A stretch of 64,000 nt of DNA, taken from positions 9,300-73,299 of the IMG/VR virus record IMGVR_UViG_3300017971_000275; one strand, given 5' to 3'. Made by a program: the position numbers and the translations under genes. Numbering within the stretch: the first letter of the stretch is position 1; the number at the start of each line of letters is the position of its first letter. Under the pieces are notes generated by a model that did not search any database, was not told where the DNA came from, and worked only from the letters and a program-made list of their open reading frames with translations. Below, in pieces: positions 20,645-30,967 of the stretch. This DNA is from a virus.

Positions 20645-21796
20645 CTAGCCGAGACGGACGCCCTTGGACACGCCACGGGAGTTCGCAATCACCGTCGCTT
20701 GACGGAGGAAAATGAACCAACCGCGAGCCGCACGACCCAGCATACGCTGGTCGACGACCGAGCTGTTGAGCGCGATCATGTTGGCTTTGACGCCTAGGGT
20801 TGTCGGCGAGCTCAGGAAGTACACCTCGCCTGGTTGCAGAACCTGCAAGGTGTCGTAGCGGAATCCGTCGGTGATGAGCTCAACATCACCCAGACGGCCG
20901 AGGCGGCCTTCGACAGCCAGCTCGTGCTTCTCGATCGGGGAGTACCACCTGGCCCAGTCCGCGTCTGCGAAGAGGTCGTCCCACAGGTCGACCGCCATCA
21001 GCATGTGCGGAACGGCGAGGCTCCACTGCCAGATCTGGTTGCGCAGCGTAACGAAGACTTGCGGCGTGAACGCGTTGAACGCGATGACGTCGTTGTCCGC
21101 CGGAGCTGCTTGATCCAGGAGGAACTTCGTGATGTTGTCATCACGGACCATCGTGGCTTCCAGAGCATCGTTGTACTTCTCTTCGATGATCTGTGCACCG
21201 GCCTCGTGGATCTCGGCCTCTTCCATCATCACGAGGGTCTCGATGTTGTAGCCCCTCGGATAGATGTACTTCTGCCGGATCAGAGACTCGATGGTATGGC
21301 CATCGGACAGCATCAGCCAGGAGGTAACGTCCTTCTGACGGATGCGTACGCGGGCCGTTCCACCCTCAGCGACATCCTGCTGAGCCAGGATCTTGTTCGA
21401 GAAGCCCATGCGGCCCATCGTCTCGGAGATGCTGTCGGTGAAGACTTCGCCGAGAACTTGGAATGGACCGTCGTCACGCGGAGCGCTCTCATTGAGCGCC
21501 GCAGTGACCAGGCTGGAGTCGGCCTCGGCACCCGGATCCATGAAGGAAGCCTGGGTCTCGATGCCTGGATCCTGGTGGATTTCGCCAGCGCGTGCCTGCT
21601 GCACTAGAGCATTGATCTGCTCAAGCAGCCCGGCTGCGCTGTCTTGGTTGTACTCGCCATTGGCGCCCACCATCCGTGTGGATGCAGATGCCATGACGCT
21701 GCCTGTGCGCGGATGGACCTTGAATGCTGGTCCTTGCGCGATGTCAGCTCCCCGCTTATCCCGAAGAGCCGCTTTTCCTGAAAACACTTTAGACAT
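20645..21796 (-). CDS. Major capsid protein (HK97 fold, inferred)
   Basis: 383 aa with strong codon bias; follows protease, scaffold and decoration-like genes; strong terminator; C-terminal GWF..RQA..IAN.RGV pattern. Confidence 0.75.
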   Translation of the reverse strand: MSKVFSGKAALRDKRGADIAQGPAFKVHPRTGSVMASASTRMVGANGEYNQDSAAGLLEQINALVQQARAGEIHQDPGIETQASFMDPGAEADSSLVTAALNESAPRDDGPFQVLGEVFTDSISETMGRMGFSNKILAQQDVAEGGTARVRIRQKDVTSWLMLSDGHTIESLIRQKYIYPRGYNIETLVMMEEAEIHEAGAQIIEEKYNDALEATMVRDDNITKFLLDQAAPADNDVIAFNAFTPQVFVTLRNQIWQWSLAVPHMLMAVDLWDDLFADADWARWYSPIEKHELAVEGRLGRLGDVELITDGFRYDTLQVLQPGEVYFLSSPTTLGVKANMIALNSSVVDQRMLGRAARGWFIFLRQATVIANSRGVSKGVRLG

Positions 21797-21820
21797 GGTT
21801 TTCTCCTCTTCAGGTTCGGG

Positions 21821-22621
21821 TTAGGCCGGGGTGATGTACTCGAATCCGAGATAGGGATCGCCCGGTGCAGGCACCGAAACCACCGTCCCGAACGCGAGAC
21901 TTGTTCCACCAGCGTTTGTGACCGACATCAGACCATTGTCGTTCAGGTAGAGCTGAGCGCCAACGGTGTAGGCGTCGCTTGCCAGGTACATGGTGGTGTA
22001 AACCAGGCAATCGCCAGAGCCCACAGTCATCAGACCAAATTGGTCCTCTGCACCGCGGTTGACGTGCGACTGACGCAGGATCAGGTCACGCTCCACAGCG
22101 GAGAGATTCCAGCGATAGGTCACCAGAAGGTCGTGCTCTGCTTCGGCGTTGTTGAAGGTCATCAGACCCGTGACGGGATCGATGTCTACCTGCGTTGCGG
22201 CAGGTGCTGGCGGTGCGACGTGAGCGACGACCGTCAGCGCTGCGGCTGCGGTGACATCGTACACGTAAGCTTCGGCGGTGGCCGGAGCAGTGATCGCCAG
22301 GTTTCCGTGCGGGAGCTGGATCTGCAATGGTACGGGCGGTACCGAAATTGCAGGAACCGTGACTGCGCGCACGTCGGTGAAGGTGTAGGCGGAGATGCGC
22401 GAAATGAGCGCAACGCCTGCGGGACGCTCACCCGCTGCCATGGCGCCGGAATGGCCCAGTTGGACCACTTCGTTTCCGGCGGGCCCCGGCAGACGCGTCA
22501 GCATCGAAGCCTCCTCCACGATGTTCGTGGTCGGAGATACCTCGAATTGACGCTTCCACTCGAAGCGGCATCGGGTCATGTCCCATTTGCTTTTGACTGA
22601 TGCATCTGGGAGAAGCGGCAT
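21821..22621 (-). CDS. Capsid-associated (decoration/cement-like) protein
   Basis: Beta-rich, high codon bias, immediately upstream of MCP; GGAGG RBS before ATG 22621. Confidence 0.55.
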   Translation of the reverse strand: MPLLPDASVKSKWDMTRCRFEWKRQFEVSPTTNIVEEASMLTRLPGPAGNEVVQLGHSGAMAAGERPAGVALISRISAYTFTDVRAVTVPAISVPPVPLQIQLPHGNLAITAPATAEAYVYDVTAAAALTVVAHVAPPAPAATQVDIDPVTGLMTFNNAEAEHDLLVTYRWNLSAVERDLILRQSHVNRGAEDQFGLMTVGSGDCLVYTTMYLASDAYTVGAQLYLNDNGLMSVTNAGGTSLAFGTVVSVPAPGDPYLGFEYITPA

Positions 22622-22639
22622 TGTTTCTGTCCTCCATAA

Positions 22640-22915
22640 AAAGGGTTTACCGCTGGTTACTGTTTGCAGCGTTCGCTTTACCGCGCTGCGGGCCGCGAGC
22701 CCGAGCACTGGGGAAAAGGTTCACGGGACTAGTAATGTTGCCGCTTCGTCCGTTGAGATCCGAGAGTTAATGTTGCTTGCGGTAATCTTGGAGGAATCTC
22801 TGACAAAAGCACCCGAGCCCGCGTTTGCGATGCGAAACGCTGCGACTACAATAATGTTGCTGAAAACGTGACGAGAGTATTCGTCAAGGTAATGTTGCTA
22901 TCACACTATAAACTA
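22640..22915 (-). promoter_or_regulatory. Long structured leader of the capsid operon with four GCAACATTA repeats
   Basis: TAATGTTGC (+) at 22733, 22768, 22852 and 22890, with hairpins between them. Confidence 0.55.
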
Positions 22916-22949
22916 AGTTGGTTTCCCGTATTCATGCGGGTATGTCAAC

Positions 22950-23999
22950 CTACTTTTTCGAGGTCTTTTCTTTCTTGTTTCTCGACGACTTGGGGTTACG
23001 TCGAATCATCATGACTTTGTACTGACGAGCTTTTTTGTTGCTCTTGTAACGAGCACGCAAATTGCCTTTGTAATCAAAGACACACCATACTTGCTCTTCT
23101 TTCGGCTTCTCGTCAGTCTGGTCTTGTGGGCGACAAGGCTTTACACCCTTCATCTTCTTCGGCAGGTTGTATGCCGTTCTAGTAGAAGACGCTTCATCCA
23201 CACGCACGTAGGTGGCACCCCTAAACTTAATGAACTGAGGTTTATCTGACATCGTGGTTCCCGTCCTAGAGGCGTACACAGGCGACTGAACAAGATGAAT
23301 TAAATCATTCAGCACACCCTCGTTGGTGCCGTGTTTAGATGGCCCATGTATTAGATCGCGAGCATCCTCTCGTCTGGTCATAAAACGTCGAATGGCCAGC
23401 TTGAGCTCGTTATTAGATACCCCACAGGATTCGAGCAGGTCGTCTGCCTGCTCCAAGAATAAAATGCCGGCGTCCCCTGTGTACCCGAAGTCTGTATCTT
23501 TAATCAACTGGATGGCCCGATGCAGACACCATGTACCACCCTGCGCGGTTTTTACCATGGCCTCATGAGAGCCACGAGGGAACTTTTTGCGTAAGGCTTC
23601 CAGGTCATCGGTGGACGCATGAAACGTTAGCCCAAACCGAAGTCCGTCCCTACCGGCTGCGTACTCTGGACCACCAGATTTCGCGACTTTGCTTTTATCG
23701 TTGAGGGACTGGATTACCGTACTATTGAGCACGTCCTCGATATCATAAAAAGCGTCGTCGACGTGCTCGTAACGTTCCGATAACGTTTCTGGGTCTCCTA
23801 GCTCCTCCAAGTCAAAATCCTCTACGAGCTTCTGCGCATCCTCCATAGTAAGACCGTCTGCCCACTCGTCTAAAAAAACGAGCATCCCATCATAATCATC
23901 CATATCCCAATCATCATGGATGCGAGCTATGACAGCGGAGTCTAGAGCGTCCACCGCGAAGTCGCGGGTTGCCCCGGTATATGACTGTGGGGAATGCAT
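22950..23999 (-). CDS. Probable head protein
   Basis: Motif PQFIKFRGATYVRV. Confidence 0.65.
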   Translation of the reverse strand: MHSPQSYTGATRDFAVDALDSAVIARIHDDWDMDDYDGMLVFLDEWADGLTMEDAQKLVEDFDLEELGDPETLSERYEHVDDAFYDIEDVLNSTVIQSLNDKSKVAKSGGPEYAAGRDGLRFGLTFHASTDDLEALRKKFPRGSHEAMVKTAQGGTWCLHRAIQLIKDTDFGYTGDAGILFLEQADDLLESCGVSNNELKLAIRRFMTRREDARDLIHGPSKHGTNEGVLNDLIHLVQSPVYASRTGTTMSDKPQFIKFRGATYVRVDEASSTRTAYNLPKKMKGVKPCRPQDQTDEKPKEEQVWCVFDYKGNLRARYKSNKKARQYKVMMIRRNPKSSRNKKEKTSKK

Positions 24000-24004
24000 T
24001 ATAA

Positions 24005-24583
24005 TTAAATCAGGCCGCCGCTGCCGCCGTTGCGGAGCAATCGATTGTTGCAGTAGGAGTAGATAATCGATTTGCGCCCACGCAAATATTCCAGAAGCTT
24101 CTGGATTTCTTCTACGTCGCGATGGCCGTTTTTTCTATCCCAGTACCAACCCCCTAATGCGGAAGCGTAATAGAGGGGAGGATTTGGGCGAATGGTCAAT
24201 AGTTTCTCTATACGTGCTATAGTAGCATCTCCGCCTTCGTGGCTCTCAATTTCCTTGAGCACTTCGGCAGGGATTTGCGTGATTTTTTTGATGCGCCTTA
24301 CTTTGAAGGACCGGCGCCGCACATTCTGACCAGCATCCTGAAGCAGTGGTACACCAGCGCCGTCGTAGCTATGAATAAGAATTTGAATCTCAAACTCCAT
24401 CCCTGTACCCTTGCATTCATCAACCCGAACGCGAGCAGATGCAGTGCTTGGTTTTTTCTTGGGCTTTTCTTCCTGCTCCTCCTCTGGCGCTCCTTCATCA
24501 GCAGCCAGAACGTAGCGGTATCCCTGGTAGCGCACCGACGCGGGCTGGTTTGTGTAAATGGATTTCGCTTTGCGTGTCATCAT
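24005..24583 (-). CDS. Probable head protein
   Basis: Motif PASVRYQGYRYVLA. Confidence 0.65.
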   Translation of the reverse strand: MMTRKAKSIYTNQPASVRYQGYRYVLAADEGAPEEEQEEKPKKKPSTASARVRVDECKGTGMEFEIQILIHSYDGAGVPLLQDAGQNVRRRSFKVRRIKKITQIPAEVLKEIESHEGGDATIARIEKLLTIRPNPPLYYASALGGWYWDRKNGHRDVEEIQKLLEYLRGRKSIIYSYCNNRLLRNGGSGGLI

Positions 24584-24594
24584 CTACCTCGAAC

Positions 24595-25131
24595 CTAACA
24601 AGGTGGAAGCGGTGCACCGCAGGATCGGCAACTGGTTTCATCGCCCACAGGCGTTGTGCCACAAAACTCACAGGTGCATAGCGTCTCGCGCTCCAGGATG
24701 ATAGGAATATACTTGGTATCGATGGTCATGTCCGCACGGATGAAATGCGGTTTACCACCAATTTTCAGGCGCCGTACTGTGTTCACCGTGGCAGTAGTAT
24801 CTGCTCCGTTCAGCGCAATAGGAATCTTCGCGTGCGGGCGCAGTTTCAGTGCTTTGCGTGGGCTTGGTCTACCCTTCTCAAAGAACTTCTGATATTTCCA
24901 CGGTACAGAATACTGCACGGCATAGCGCTCACCTACTGTTCGCAGCTGTTCAAAATCGATGCAGGTGTCTACTTTTACAAGCGGCTCCTCGGCGGACGAT
25001 GCCTCCCGTCGACCAGTAAGGCTGGCAGCCCGGCGCAGACGCTCCTTGGACCATTTACCCTTTTTAGGCCAAAGCTCCAGAAGGTGCGGGAGTGCTTTGG
25101 CGAACTGCTTTTTGGTGAAGGCTAAGAGCAT
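24595..25131 (-). CDS. Hypothetical protein with C-terminal double Zn ribbon
   Basis: CEFCG...CRSCGAPL; start uncertain (track ORF to 25212). Confidence 0.6.
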   Translation of the reverse strand: MLLAFTKKQFAKALPHLLELWPKKGKWSKERLRRAASLTGRREASSAEEPLVKVDTCIDFEQLRTVGERYAVQYSVPWKYQKFFEKGRPSPRKALKLRPHAKIPIALNGADTTATVNTVRRLKIGGKPHFIRADMTIDTKYIPIILERETLCTCEFCGTTPVGDETSCRSCGAPLPPC

Positions 25132-25138
25132 CGAGCTG

Positions 25139-25819
25139 CTATTTAAGGCCGAGAAGTTTGAGTGACTTCTGTGCTTCTTGTAGGAGAGCATCCTTAGGGG
25201 ATGGATCGGCAACTACGCGACGGCTTTTCTGTTCACGCCGGAACCTGCGCTTAAAGTCGCCCACGGTCTTGGCAGCTGCAGCCGGCTTTTCTTCCTCTTC
25301 GGGTGCACCGGGGAGACCCTCCCCAGCCAAAAGAGCTTCCACGTCTTCCTCAGATACTTCTGGCACTTCTTCTGCTTCTGGTGTAGCTGGTACTGCTTCT
25401 GGAGGCTCTTCTCCCTCAGGGGCGTCTACCTCTAGAAGATCATCACCACCCTCAGAGTACTGCACAGAAAACTCGCTGGCGATGCCATCTAGAGACCGAA
25501 TCACTTCCTGCATTCCGCTGGTGCGCAGGTCGCTAACGATCCCCTCAAGCCACGGGCGAAAATGCTTGACGGATTCATCGTACCCTAGCTCGCCAAGCTT
25601 CTTTTTGATCTGGCCTCCCAGCCTGGAAACGCCCTCGCGGAAGATGCGCTCTACATCTTCATTGATCGCAGCTACCGCTTCATCGTAGAGCTGCTCTCCA
25701 ACTTTGGAGAACTCATCTGCTAGGAGATCAGACATGCGGCGACGCAGCGCTTCATTGGTTGAACCTGGGCGTCGATCTGTGTTTCTGCGAGCTGCAGTGC
25801 GAATCTTAACTTTGGGCAT
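25139..25819 (-). CDS. Hypothetical head-module protein
   Basis: AGGAG RBS before MPKVK. Confidence 0.65.
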   Translation of the reverse strand: MPKVKIRTAARRNTDRRPGSTNEALRRRMSDLLADEFSKVGEQLYDEAVAAINEDVERIFREGVSRLGGQIKKKLGELGYDESVKHFRPWLEGIVSDLRTSGMQEVIRSLDGIASEFSVQYSEGGDDLLEVDAPEGEEPPEAVPATPEAEEVPEVSEEDVEALLAGEGLPGAPEEEEKPAAAAKTVGDFKRRFRREQKSRRVVADPSPKDALLQEAQKSLKLLGLK

Positions 25820-25832
25820 GAACTGAATCTCC

Positions 25833-26612
25833 TTACCGCTGGTGGTAAATACCACGCCACAGCTGGAACGCCAACTGCGTGAGCTCTTTCATGTGTGTCC
25901 GGATTTCTGTGCCCTGTGCATTGCGCACGATAGGATAGCCGCAGTGGGCATCATCGGTAATCGAAGTGTCGATCCTGGCAGCTGGGAATTTTCGTGTGAG
26001 CTCGATGTGCAGTGCGTGTGACAGCTCCTCCACCTCTTGGGGAGTAGCGTCGGAAATGTCGTAGCCGCCCAACGAGAATCCCGATCCAGCTGGGCACACG
26101 TTAAAGGTAACGGTGGCCACTTCCTCATCTGGTGGCACTCGTAGCATTTGTTCGCCCTCCCAACTACGGAGGAGAGCAACAACCTTTTTAGGGTAGGCAG
26201 CACTGCCTGTTGCTTGCTGTGGCTCAGGAAGGGCACGAGGTTCACCGGTATCAACCATTTCCAAGAAACGGGGAGGCAGTGCGCCAGCTTTCCAAGCTCC
26301 TGGAAACTCGCGACCAACTTTACCGCCGTCATCGACCATGGCCCTGAAAAGGGCTGCTGCTTCCTCTTCGTCAATGAATAAGGTAACAGGGTACTGATAA
26401 GGTCCCTTACTCGGGAACTTCAACCCTACCGTAAAAACAAATTGCCCGTCTTCAAACCGGAGCTCCCGAACATCGCTTGGGTAGTCTTTTTCGATGAGCG
26501 TGAAGTTACGATGCTCTCTAGTAGTTCCCAGACCGCCAGCTTCGTGTAACTGATAGAGCACACCTTGATAGCGGATGTAGGTAGCAGCTTTTGCGGTTTT
26601 ATTGGTCGTCAT
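25833..26612 (-). CDS. Probable head protein
   Basis: Motif YIRYQGVLYQLH. Confidence 0.6.
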   Translation of the reverse strand: MTTNKTAKAATYIRYQGVLYQLHEAGGLGTTREHRNFTLIEKDYPSDVRELRFEDGQFVFTVGLKFPSKGPYQYPVTLFIDEEEAAALFRAMVDDGGKVGREFPGAWKAGALPPRFLEMVDTGEPRALPEPQQATGSAAYPKKVVALLRSWEGEQMLRVPPDEEVATVTFNVCPAGSGFSLGGYDISDATPQEVEELSHALHIELTRKFPAARIDTSITDDAHCGYPIVRNAQGTEIRTHMKELTQLAFQLWRGIYHQR

Positions 26613-26617
26613 GGAAT

Positions 26618-27430
26618 CTATCCCCAAATCTTGTCAGAAAGCGCCACAACGTAAGCTGGATCTTCAACGCTGCTGCTTTCCACGAAGTAGAAGTCCTTCA
26701 TGTTCTCGTAGACCAAGTGATTCCTGATCACATCATTTTTGCCTGCTCCATTGCGAATGTGGTCGCAGGTAATACGACCGTCACTATGGAACTTGCACCA
26801 AGGCAGTGAACATTCGGTGCGCTCCACTAAAGCGCCCATGCTGTGCCCGATGCGGTTGGCTTGTTGGACCAAACCAGCAAGACGGCGGTCCTTACTGCGG
26901 TCAAACGCTTTCAAGATCTTGGTGTGCCACACCCCACGGAAGCGTACCAAACTGGCGTCGAGGATCACCCCTTTTGCCTTGGTATCGTCCATGTTATCGT
27001 GATCTTGGTGGACCGGTTTCCCAATGAACGTCTGGTACGCCACCCGACCGATCGGGGTGCGCCAATCAGTCAACTCTTTATAAGAAAAACTGTCCATATT
27101 GCGGTTGGGGTAATCAGCCACAACAATAGGAACGTCGACGATCACGTAGTCTTGGATCTTTGGGCTGATGTGATATTTGGCTGCTACAAAAGGAAGCCAG
27201 CTAATATCAAGGAAGCCGCAAGCACAGTTGCCAGTAGCTGTTAGCTCGGCTCCTGCGATACGGATTTGAGACCCAGATCGGTGCTCTTCGAGCTTGCGCC
27301 CCTCAAATACGCAGGGCTCATCGATGAACTTTTCTCCATCGAAGCGGCGAGATAAAAAGGATTCGCCAACGTGAAGCCCTGGACCGAAAGGCACTGCCGG
27401 AGATGTAATAGGTGGTGGAGCAAAATCCAT
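26618..27430 (-). CDS. Prohead (capsid maturation) protease with Zn-binding insert
   Basis: NRNMD.F, FIGKPVHQDH...KG.ILDA, SMGA...C..C...CDHI, F.E.S.VEDPA motifs typical of assemblin-like phage proteases. Confidence 0.8.
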   Translation of the reverse strand: MDFAPPPITSPAVPFGPGLHVGESFLSRRFDGEKFIDEPCVFEGRKLEEHRSGSQIRIAGAELTATGNCACGFLDISWLPFVAAKYHISPKIQDYVIVDVPIVVADYPNRNMDSFSYKELTDWRTPIGRVAYQTFIGKPVHQDHDNMDDTKAKGVILDASLVRFRGVWHTKILKAFDRSKDRRLAGLVQQANRIGHSMGALVERTECSLPWCKFHSDGRITCDHIRNGAGKNDVIRNHLVYENMKDFYFVESSSVEDPAYVVALSDKIWG

Positions 27431-27522
27431 GGTTTCTCTGCGGCGTTAAGGCGTCGCATCCTCCAAAAGCTACGCGAGCTGGTAAAGGCTCACGTAGCTG
27501 CGTGCAGAACACGACTACAGGG

Positions 27523-29400
27523 TTACCACTTCTTGGGGGTGCGGAAATTGGACATAGCAGCCTCAGCCATACGACCGCCGAGATTCAGCTGTCTCTGCCA
27601 CACTGCCTTCTGAGCGCGCCAGTTGGTGGTATCCCCCTGCGTTGCCGCCTGGCGAGTTGCCGCCTCTTGTGCTTTCGAAGTAGGAGAGGATACAGTGCGC
27701 AGCGGTACGTTGGCGGGGATTTCGACAGGCTCGCTCGGAGGAGCTGTTTGGGCCACAGCGATCTCGTCATCGTGGCGGACATACCCTGGATGCCGATAAG
27801 GCATCGCAGTGATTTCCTTGATGTGGTGGTCCAGAACACCTTCGGGAGCTCCCAACCATTCCTCAGCTTTCGCGAGGACGTTGGCGAAGTACTGCTGACC
27901 TACCTCACGGAAGGCCTCCTCGATGATGTCGATGGCATAGTTCTCGTCCACACCCGCCGAACGGAACCCACTTACGAGAGCATCACGAAGAGGATTGTCG
28001 AGGATGTAGTTTTTGAGCGACCCTTGTAGAACGATGTTGGCTGTATTCAGCAGCGCATCCTTGGTGTCGGCCATGCGCTTGCGGTAGTCGGCTTCCATCT
28101 CTACTGTGGCAGCCTGCTTCATTTGAGCGGCCACTTCACCGCTGGATGCCTTTGCGCTGTATGGACGTGCGTTGAGCGTGTTCAGCATGTCGTCCAGGCC
28201 GAACTGACCGATCCCCTTGATGACGTAGTTGGGATACTCGTCCATCATGAACAGATCGCGGATCTGCGGGTTGTCTGGCTGGTCGGCAAACGCAACCTTC
28301 GCAACCGGATCGCCGTCAATCATGACGACGTAATGCGGATTGTCTGTCTCCTCATTGGTGAGGAATAGGTCCACCCGCTCCGGGTTCACATTGGCGTAGC
28401 TCTCGATGTCGCCAATCGTCTCGTAAACGACGTCGGTAGACTCAGGTGCGGCATCTGCCTCGACAGCGGCCTCCTTCTTGTCTTTGTCCTCTTCCTCTTC
28501 CTCTTCCGCGCTCACGACCGCTTCTTTTTTGTCTTCCTCATCATCGACGATTTCTACATCACCTTCATCGACTTCGAGGATACCTTCCTCAGGCTCCTCT
28601 TCCTCCGTCAAAGGTTCACAACCTGGAGGGCACGGACCTGCGGGCTGATCTGGCGCTTCCATCATCTCTTCGCCGAGATCCATGGTCAGCTCCTCCTCAG
28701 GCTCCATGGCCTTGCGCAGGAGGTCCGCAAAAGTCATTTTCGCGGCGGTCTTGGTAGCGGCCTCTTTGTCCTCGCCTTTTTTGAGGGTCATGCAGGCTTC
28801 TTTCTCGTCATCAGCAGCGGCCTCTTCTGGCGCTTCCGCCTCGTCAAGCACTTCCACTTCGTCCATGGCTACCTCGGGGGCATCCATGTACTCGCGCATT
28901 GCTTTCTCATCCATGGCCACTTCCGGCTCTTTGTTCTCCTTGGGCATCGCTTCTTCCTCCATTGTGGCCACTTCGGGCTCCTCTTCTGCAGTTTTTTCTG
29001 GTTCGCCTTCCTTGTCACGAACGTTTCCAGCTTCGACTTCTTCAGCAGAGGCACCGTTGCCTCCACCGTCTCCACCACCATCACCGTCGCCTGCCATTTC
29101 CGGGAAATCAGCGAGCATCTCTTCCTCGCTGGTGTACTCCACCACGTCTGGTTCATCGTGGTAGATGTCACGCGGCCCCGGTTTGTGGGGAGGTTTTGGA
29201 GCCAACTGCTCCACGACGTCTACCTCTTCCACTGGAACGTCGACGATCTCTTCTTCTGACGGCACATCGAATTCGTCTAGAGCTTTCTCAGGATCAAACT
29301 GATCCCCTGGAATTCGATCGGAACGACGCTGTCGGTACTTACGCGTGGTCCGACCTTTCAGATCGCGATACGCTCGCTTTCCTCTCTCTTCTGTTGGCAT
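27523..29400 (-). CDS. Acidic scaffold-like protein
   Basis: Very Glu-rich low-complexity N-terminal half (PEVAMDE-type repeats); lies between the portal and protease genes. Confidence 0.55.
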   Translation of the reverse strand: MPTEERGKRAYRDLKGRTTRKYRQRRSDRIPGDQFDPEKALDEFDVPSEEEIVDVPVEEVDVVEQLAPKPPHKPGPRDIYHDEPDVVEYTSEEEMLADFPEMAGDGDGGGDGGGNGASAEEVEAGNVRDKEGEPEKTAEEEPEVATMEEEAMPKENKEPEVAMDEKAMREYMDAPEVAMDEVEVLDEAEAPEEAAADDEKEACMTLKKGEDKEAATKTAAKMTFADLLRKAMEPEEELTMDLGEEMMEAPDQPAGPCPPGCEPLTEEEEPEEGILEVDEGDVEIVDDEEDKKEAVVSAEEEEEEDKDKKEAAVEADAAPESTDVVYETIGDIESYANVNPERVDLFLTNEETDNPHYVVMIDGDPVAKVAFADQPDNPQIRDLFMMDEYPNYVIKGIGQFGLDDMLNTLNARPYSAKASSGEVAAQMKQAATVEMEADYRKRMADTKDALLNTANIVLQGSLKNYILDNPLRDALVSGFRSAGVDENYAIDIIEEAFREVGQQYFANVLAKAEEWLGAPEGVLDHHIKEITAMPYRHPGYVRHDDEIAVAQTAPPSEPVEIPANVPLRTVSSPTSKAQEAATRQAATQGDTTNWRAQKAVWQRQLNLGGRMAEAAMSNFRTPKKW

Positions 29401-29480
29401 GACAACAGTCTCCTTGATGTTGCTGGCAAATACCTGCCGTGGTTGGAAAGGGTAATGTTGACAGGCGTAATAAAAAACTG

Positions 29481-29702
29481 CTAGAGCCCTAACAGTTTGA
29501 GATACTCACGAAGTTCCTGCAAATCTCTTGCAGCCCGCGCTTTCTTTTCCTCTGCAGCTAATTTATCGTCTATGGCTGACTCGTGAAGTCTTTTAAGCAA
29601 CGGTGCTGCTTTACCCCAGAGTCGATCTGCTTCGGTTTTTGCACGAACGTAAGTTGATCCTTTATACAGTAACTTCTTTGGAGGAGTCTTTGCATGAACC
29701 AT
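29481..29702 (-). CDS. Small probable head protein
   Basis: Motif PKKLLYKGSTYVRA. Confidence 0.6.
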   Translation of the reverse strand: MVHAKTPPKKLLYKGSTYVRAKTEADRLWGKAAPLLKRLHESAIDDKLAAEEKKARAARDLQELREYLKLLGL

Positions 29703-29704
29703 AT

Positions 29705-29968
29705 CTATTTTCTCACGATTTTGGAGTGCAGCTCCTCAGGCAACACGCGCTTAAGCATGTCCACATCTTCTTCACTTTCAGCCAAAAAGTGAAAACTCCC
29801 CACTACCACGTCCTTAAGCACTGAGTGGTCGCCTTGCAGCAAGTACTGTTTGGCTGTGTTTGTGTCGGTATCGAGGTAAACCAACCTATCGATCGAAACG
29901 CCTCGCGGGTCGGAAGCACGCAGACAAAGAATTACTTCCACGGGGACATTTCGGGCTTCTATGCGCAT
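29705..29968 (-). CDS. Hypothetical protein
   Basis: Tiles the operon. Confidence 0.55.
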   Translation of the reverse strand: MRIEARNVPVEVILCLRASDPRGVSIDRLVYLDTDTNTAKQYLLQGDHSVLKDVVVGSFHFLAESEEDVDMLKRVLPEELHSKIVRK

Positions 29969-29984
29969 AGCAATGCTACCAGAC

Positions 29985-30395
29985 TTACCTAAGCACGGCG
30001 GCCAGGTAATCGACCACTTGACCTAACTCATCGAATTGAGCCGACCCACTCTTCTTCTGATACGTGTACGAACACGTTACAGGAAAGTCGCAGTTCGTGT
30101 TGGCCAGTTTTAAGGTTACAACAGCGTGGTCGGAGCCACGCACACCAAGTTTGATGTTGAAGGTGTAGACGGTCGTGCTGGTAGCAGATACTATTACATT
30201 CTGCGCGCAAAGGCGATCCTTGATAGCTTGGCCCAATTCTCCCATGGCTTCCCCACAAGTCTGCACAGTAAGGGGAAACCCATCTAGGACGTTTCCGTTC
30301 CTAGAGTCACCACAACCAATTGTGAAATTGTAGCAAGATGGGGGGCAACACTGCTCGGAAGACCTCCCCCATACTTTGCTCCATCGTACCGCCAT
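29985..30395 (-). CDS. Hypothetical protein
   Basis: 136-aa ORF. Confidence 0.6.
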   Translation of the reverse strand: MAVRWSKVWGRSSEQCCPPSCYNFTIGCGDSRNGNVLDGFPLTVQTCGEAMGELGQAIKDRLCAQNVIVSATSTTVYTFNIKLGVRGSDHAVVTLKLANTNCDFPVTCSYTYQKKSGSAQFDELGQVVDYLAAVLR

Positions 30396-30445
30396 GATAG
30401 ACCTGTAATGGTGGTTATTTACGGGCTTTCAATTATATACTAACT

Positions 30446-30955
30446 TCAGATTGAATACTGGTTGGGATTACTACGGAAGGTGGGTTCTTGGGGCATCTCG
30501 TAGGGATCGTCGGTGTGGTACAGCAAATCTATCTGATCGGCCAGGGCACCGTCCGGAGAGATATATGCCTTATACCTCAAGGGACGGCCGGCTAGCACTT
30601 CTTCTAGGGAAGGTGGGATTTCTTCCGTAAATTGCACCACACCAGTAATATGGAACCCCAAGGATGGGTCGCCCTGCTCAGATATCGTAAAGCTGTTGCG
30701 TAGCTCTACAGGCACACGCAGCATCAACTTGATTTCTCGTATAATCGGCTGCAAGTATTTTTGCCACTCTGCAGCTGGGCTATCCTCCACCGCCTCTACC
30801 ATCTCTTTTTCAGTTGGCCCTTCAACTCCCTCGGGAGCGTCAGGAGCAGGATCTTGTGCTTCTCTGCGAAAGTTACACGGCAGCCGAAGCGAGTCCGCAG
30901 ACCGACGTAGCGGAATACCATCCGCGGGAAGAGGGCTTTTCTCATCAGTTGTCAT
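30446..30955 (-). CDS. Hypothetical protein
   Basis: 169-aa ORF directly after the portal gene. Confidence 0.6.
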   Translation of the reverse strand: MTTDEKSPLPADGIPLRRSADSLRLPCNFRREAQDPAPDAPEGVEGPTEKEMVEAVEDSPAAEWQKYLQPIIREIKLMLRVPVELRNSFTISEQGDPSLGFHITGVVQFTEEIPPSLEEVLAGRPLRYKAYISPDGALADQIDLLYHTDDPYEMPQEPTFRSNPNQYSI

Positions 30956-30967
30956 AGAAGATATTCC

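Noticed and set aside
20834-22600. Long + strand ORFs antisense to the capsid genes
   Set aside because: Shadow ORFs caused by strong codon bias of the highly expressed - strand genes
28850-28990. Short DNA repeats in the scaffold-like gene
   Set aside because: Explained by PEVA(T)M(D/E)E peptide repeats in a low-complexity protein
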